Below are positions 59,257 to 64,000 of a stretch of DNA of 64,000 nt, piece by piece; the first letter of the stretch is position 1, and each line of letters starts with the position of its first letter. The DNA is from Promethearchaeota archaeon (GTDB lineage: Archaea; Asgardarchaeota; Lokiarchaeia; Sigyniarchaeales; SOKP01): positions 1 to 64,000 of the forward strand of contig JAEOTA010000064.1 of the NCBI GenBank assembly GCA_016840085.1, in the 5' to 3' direction. Position numbers and translations under genes: made by a program. The notes beneath the pieces are model-generated. The model was not told the origin of the DNA. It saw nothing but the letters and a program-made list of their open reading frames with translations, and made no database searches.

Positions 59257-60006
59257 ATGATTAAAAATATCTTTATCATGAAATCCACAGGGGAATTAAT
59301 TTTTTACAAAACATATGAAGATATCTTTAATGTAAAACTCACAAGTAGTTTTTTAAGTGCAATCTTCTCGTTTGTAAAACAGACATTAAAAACTGAAGAA
59401 TTATCTGAAATTGAAGTAGGGCTTTTTAGGTTTATATTTGAAATTGAGAAAATTAGGAATGATGAATTACTGTTTGCGCTATTTAGTGATCGAACTGAAA
59501 ATTTAATTGAGTTAAGAAAGCAACTAAGAGAAATAAAAAACCAATTTCTAAATAAATTTGATGTAGATTTATTAACTGATCATTATGATGGTGAGATTTC
59601 AAAATTTCTCGATTTTGAAAATAATATTAATGACATCATGGAAAGCAGTAAACAATTAATTTCAGAAGAAATCCAAGAAGATTTAATAAATATTTTTAAT
59701 GAATTGCATACATTCTCTTCTTTTGTCGTATCCTCTGCAATTTTAACCCAAACGGGAAGGGTAATTGTTTCCTATTTAGAACATAATGTTCTTACAGAGA
59801 TTATAAGACTTCTAGAAGGAAGATTTCTCGCTGGTAATTATATAGTTAATGAACTAATCTCCTTAGAAAAATTTGGTGTGCTTTCATTAGTAGGAATCAA
59901 TGATAGTTTCATATCAGTAATTCAATTTAAAAAAAATTGCCCTTTTGAGACAGGACTTGTCATTTCAAAAAGATTCTCAAATAGACTGCAAAAATTAATT
60001 TGTTGA
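59257..60006 (+). CDS. Longin-like plus roadblock-like domain protein
   Basis: IFIMKSTGELIF..SSFLSAIFSF (longin-type); SSAILTQTGRVI (roadblock-type). Confidence 0.65.
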   Translation: MIKNIFIMKSTGELIFYKTYEDIFNVKLTSSFLSAIFSFVKQTLKTEELSEIEVGLFRFIFEIEKIRNDELLFALFSDRTENLIELRKQLREIKNQFLNKFDVDLLTDHYDGEISKFLDFENNINDIMESSKQLISEEIQEDLINIFNELHTFSSFVVSSAILTQTGRVIVSYLEHNVLTEIIRLLEGRFLAGNYIVNELISLEKFGVLSLVGINDSFISVIQFKKNCPFETGLVISKRFSNRLQKLIC

Positions 60007-60196
60007 ATTTTGTGAGATAGATTGTTCAAAACATAGTAATTATTATCTGTTTCATAAAAATTTTTAAAAAAAGAGTAATATCATTTTTGATATCGCTAAT
60101 CTGTTTTCCAAAAATTAAAAAATAAATTTACTTTTTACACTAGTATAATTACTTATCTAATAATTTAAAAATAATAATAATTAGGGCTAAAAAAAT

Positions 60197-61480
60197 ATGT
60201 CACGATTTATAGATCAAGTCATTAATGATGAGATTCTAAATAAACTTAGCTTAAAGAACAGATATTCCTTTTTAAACAATAACCTAATGGCAGTTTTGTC
60301 TTCAGAACAATTTAACTTTCTTAAAAAGGTTCAAAAATTCTGCATGAGGTTTGAAAAGAAAAATGGAATCACTCATGGCCCGGATGAAGACGTATACGAT
60401 TGGATACCAACTTTTGGTGCTGAAGGTTATATCACACGAGCACATAATTTTGAAATGATTGACATTACTTATGAAAATTATGGAGCTGTATATGATTTCC
60501 TTCGCTATTTAGCTATCGACATGTTCGATACTCAATTCGCCATGGGGAGTGGCGCAACAGTATTGGCAATAAATCCAATTTTTGAACACCATGAAAATGT
60601 TCCTGAAAGATTAGAAGCATTGAAAGACTTAGCTACTGGTAAAGCACCTGGTGCAATGCTTATTACAGAACCAGAAAGAGGTTCTGATGCGGTCCATCAG
60701 TTAACCACATGCGATGAACAGGAAGATAGTAGTTTTTTACTCAATGGTGAAAAAGTTTTCAACGTCAATGCACCAAAAGCGAAATGGGCAGTTGCATATG
60801 CTACTGCTGAAAAGAATAATGGAAATTTAATGGCACAATTCTTAATCAATACATCTTGGGATGGGTGGTCCTGTGAACGTGTAGGGGTTCCCTGGGTGCC
60901 AAAACTATATATAGGTCATGAATGGTTTGAAAATCTCAAGGTACCAAAGGAATATATATTAGGACCGGTTGGTAAAGGGAGGGAACATCTCTTTGAAGGA
61001 TTGGTCCCTGAAAGAATTGGTATCGCTTGTGGAGCTATTTCTCAATGTTGGGGAGCAGTATCTCATGCTGCGATTTATGCTAACATGAGAAAGCAGTTTG
61101 AGCAAGAAATTCTTAAATTTCAAGGAGTTGGTTTTCTTTTAACAGATTTATGGGCAAAAACTACTAATTTAACCCTCGGATTATTAAAATTCTGTGAAGC
61201 CTATGACGAAAAAATGGAAAAATTTGAAGGAAAAATCCCAACGAATATCTCTCGTGTAATGGTTGCAAGTGCTTCTCAACTTAAGTATCATTGTACTAAA
61301 CTCTCCAAACAGGTCTGTTATGAAGCTGCCAATTTAATGGGTGGTGCTGGTGTATCAGATAATACAGCAATGGAAGATTATATAAATATTTCTAGAATCC
61401 AGGAGATTATTGGAGGAACCCGACAAATTCAGCAATATATCATGAGCATGAGCCTCCGCCAACTTTTCAAAATGCTCTAA
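60197..61480 (+). CDS. Acyl-CoA dehydrogenase
   Basis: ITEPERGSD, LNGEKVF, RKQFEQ..FQG, MGGAG, IIGGT. Confidence 0.92.
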   Translation: MSRFIDQVINDEILNKLSLKNRYSFLNNNLMAVLSSEQFNFLKKVQKFCMRFEKKNGITHGPDEDVYDWIPTFGAEGYITRAHNFEMIDITYENYGAVYDFLRYLAIDMFDTQFAMGSGATVLAINPIFEHHENVPERLEALKDLATGKAPGAMLITEPERGSDAVHQLTTCDEQEDSSFLLNGEKVFNVNAPKAKWAVAYATAEKNNGNLMAQFLINTSWDGWSCERVGVPWVPKLYIGHEWFENLKVPKEYILGPVGKGREHLFEGLVPERIGIACGAISQCWGAVSHAAIYANMRKQFEQEILKFQGVGFLLTDLWAKTTNLTLGLLKFCEAYDEKMEKFEGKIPTNISRVMVASASQLKYHCTKLSKQVCYEAANLMGGAGVSDNTAMEDYINISRIQEIIGGTRQIQQYIMSMSLRQLFKML

Positions 61481-61574
61481 AATCTTTTTTTTTTTCTATT
61501 TCTTTTTTAATTGGTACTCCTTTTAGCTCATGCAAGATTAATAATTACAAATTCTAATCTGAGAAGAGTTAAAA

Positions 61575-63818
61575 ATGGAAGAATTACTTAATATTGCTAA
61601 AAATGCCTTTCCACCCATATCAGGATCAGAAAAGGTAAAGGGACTTCAAGAAGAGGTTGAAATTTTATGGGATAAATGGGGTATCCCGCATGTCTATGCG
61701 AAATCAGTGAGGGATGCATATTTTACTCAAGGTTATATCCATGCAAGTCATAGATTATGGCAAATGGATACTTTTAGACGTTTAATATCGGGAAAATTAT
61801 CAGAAATATCGGGTGAAGCAGCACTTCTAGGTGATAAATACTATAGAACAATTGGATTACATCGATTAGCGAAAATATGCGCGAAAAAAATAGAAGAAAA
61901 TAAAGATTCAGACATGTATCGCTGGTTAAATGCGTATGTGAATGGTGTAAATCTAGGTATTAAAAAAGCCCAAAATAATCCCCCTATTGAATTTTCTATT
62001 TTGGATATTAAACCTCGTGAGTGGTTATTAGAAGATTCTTTTAAAATTATTAGTTTGATTGAATGGGGATTAAGTAGTTGGAATTATCCTCTAGAAGTTT
62101 TGCGAGAGCACTTAATAACCAAACTAGGATCTGAAAAGGCTAAACAATTCATCCCTTTATTTTCAGAAGTAAATGTTAGTGAATCTTTAGGTAGTAATGC
62201 TTGGGTTGTAAGTTCCAATAAATCAGAATCTGGAGCTGTATTACATGCAAATGATCCTCACCTTCCACTTACATGTCCTGCTTTATGGTTTTTAATTCAT
62301 TTAAATTGTCCAGAATTAAATGTAATGGGTACTTCGCTTCCTGGATTACCAATGGTAGTTATAGGGCATAATGAGAATATAACTTGGGGTTTAACCAATG
62401 TTACTGCCGATACAATTGACTTATTTAAATTGGAGTTGAATCCTCAAAATCAGAATCAATATAAATATAATGGGAAATGGATTGATTTTGAAGCAATTGA
62501 AGAGTTAATAGGAGTCCAAGGTAAATCTGAACCAATACCTCATAAAGTTCTAATTTCAAAATTCGGTCCGTTGGTTGATTATTATGAAATAAATTTGAAC
62601 TATTATAATTTCAATCTTCCTGGAAAATATGCGTTACGATGGTCAAGTTTTGAACCAGAACTCCAGAACAATATCATGGGCTTTATCAAAGTAAATAATG
62701 CTTCAAATTGGGAGGAATTCAGAAATGGAATAAAACATATAACCATCAATCCTCAGAATTTTATTTATGGTGACGTAAATGGGAATATAGGGCATCAACA
62801 TGGTGGAAGAATTCCCGTAAGAAACTATGGGGATGGATCTAAGATAACTCCAGGCACAGATGAAAAATATAATTGGAAGAGTCTATCATCTTTTGAACAA
62901 TTATACTCAAATTATAATCCTAAAGTGGGTTTTATATATACCGCTAACTATAATGAGGATAAGGCGCCAAATGGTCTATTAATAGCACAAGACAGGATTG
63001 AACCCTTTAGACAAATCAGGTTAAAGAAGTTATTACAATCAAAAGAAAAATTTTCAATAGAGGATTTTAAGAAATTTCAACTTGATAGATATACTGAAGA
63101 AGCTGCAGAATTATTGCCTATAATGTTAAAATATTTAAAATCTGCTAAAATTTCAGAAGAATATTCTCACTTTATCACTATTTTAGAGGAATGGGATTAT
63201 CATTTGGCTAAAAATAGTATTGCTGGCACAATTTATAAAATATGGCATCAAAAGACGCTTGAATTCATTCTAACACCATTAATTGGTGAAGATTTATTAG
63301 AAACATTTCTGGGTAGTCGCCCTTTTAATCTAAAAAGAATTTTAGATTCCTATGAAAAAAATGAAAATGAACTTGAAGATATTCTGCTTAATTCCTTTAA
63401 AAATACGATTAATTTTCTAACAGATAAATTATCATCTGATTATAAAAAATGGCAGTGGGGAAATCTACATAAACTTACACTTGTCCATCCATTTTCACTT
63501 GTTAATGAGGATGCAAAAGTATTAAATATAGGTCCTTTTAAAATTGGTGGAGATTCAAATACGCTAAATAATGGTTCTTTTGACCCTTTAGACAATTATA
63601 ATGTCGTAGTAGGACCTTCATACCGTCATATACATGATTTATCGGATTGGGATAAATCAATAACAGTCATTCCAGGAGGACAATCTGGATTACCATTTCA
63701 TAGACATTATAAAGATATGATAAAGTCATGGGTAAAAGGAAAATATATTCCTTTTTTATTTACACGAGAAGCTATCTCTGAGAATTTAGAAGGCACTTTA
63801 CGATTAATACCGGAATAA
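61575..63818 (+). CDS. Penicillin acylase family Ntn-hydrolase (peptidase S45)
   Basis: DKWGIPHVYA, GSNAWVV, ANDPHL, PGGQSG. Confidence 0.92.
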   Translation: MEELLNIAKNAFPPISGSEKVKGLQEEVEILWDKWGIPHVYAKSVRDAYFTQGYIHASHRLWQMDTFRRLISGKLSEISGEAALLGDKYYRTIGLHRLAKICAKKIEENKDSDMYRWLNAYVNGVNLGIKKAQNNPPIEFSILDIKPREWLLEDSFKIISLIEWGLSSWNYPLEVLREHLITKLGSEKAKQFIPLFSEVNVSESLGSNAWVVSSNKSESGAVLHANDPHLPLTCPALWFLIHLNCPELNVMGTSLPGLPMVVIGHNENITWGLTNVTADTIDLFKLELNPQNQNQYKYNGKWIDFEAIEELIGVQGKSEPIPHKVLISKFGPLVDYYEINLNYYNFNLPGKYALRWSSFEPELQNNIMGFIKVNNASNWEEFRNGIKHITINPQNFIYGDVNGNIGHQHGGRIPVRNYGDGSKITPGTDEKYNWKSLSSFEQLYSNYNPKVGFIYTANYNEDKAPNGLLIAQDRIEPFRQIRLKKLLQSKEKFSIEDFKKFQLDRYTEEAAELLPIMLKYLKSAKISEEYSHFITILEEWDYHLAKNSIAGTIYKIWHQKTLEFILTPLIGEDLLETFLGSRPFNLKRILDSYEKNENELEDILLNSFKNTINFLTDKLSSDYKKWQWGNLHKLTLVHPFSLVNEDAKVLNIGPFKIGGDSNTLNNGSFDPLDNYNVVVGPSYRHIHDLSDWDKSITVIPGGQSGLPFHRHYKDMIKSWVKGKYIPFLFTREAISENLEGTLRLIPE

Positions 63819-64000
63819 AAAGAAAAAGGAATTAAGGAAAATAATAAATAAATTGTGTTTTTATGACACGGACATCTGATTTCTTTAAATCTTTTTATAT
63901 TTGAAAAATTAAAAGGATAATATCTTAATTAAACATTATTAAAATTAAAAATTTGAATATTTTATTAAAATGAGTGAAAATAAACGTTATAAAACTCAAG

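Noticed and set aside
63970-64000. ORF start at the window end
   Set aside because: Only 10 codons visible; cannot be supported or assigned.
1-64000. tRNA genes, 16S/23S rRNA, transposases, integrases
   Set aside because: None recognised by eye; a tRNAscan-SE/ISEScan run would be needed to exclude them formally.

Overview
AT-rich archaeal genomic window, most likely Asgard/Lokiarchaeia (inference from eL22, two Rab-like GTPases, longin/roadblock proteins, a RING-like zinc finger, form III RuBisCO, tetraether lipid synthase and archaeal TFS/aIF-2gamma/aIF-1A/Spt5). It is mostly housekeeping and accessory metabolism: IleRS, CysRS, bacterial-type MetRS, UvrC, a PadR-led six-gene ABC exporter cluster, ROK kinase/phosphohexomutase and R15P isomerase + RuBisCO. 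The standout is a hidden RNA gene at about 52911-53091: a circularly permuted 5S rRNA. Its 3' half precedes its 5' half, the two are joined by a UUCG-capped helix I, and the flanks form a bulge-helix-bulge-like splice motif. Cutting at the standard BHB positions and ligating regenerates the conserved 5S sequence CCGAACCCGGAA|GUUAA in a 121-nt circle. Three further structured intergenic elements, two free-standing homing-endonuclease-like genes, two genes interrupted by single in-frame stops, a probable ATT-initiated gene and several unusual domain insertions/fusions are also reported. All assignments come from motif recognition and manual base-pairing; no database searches were run.
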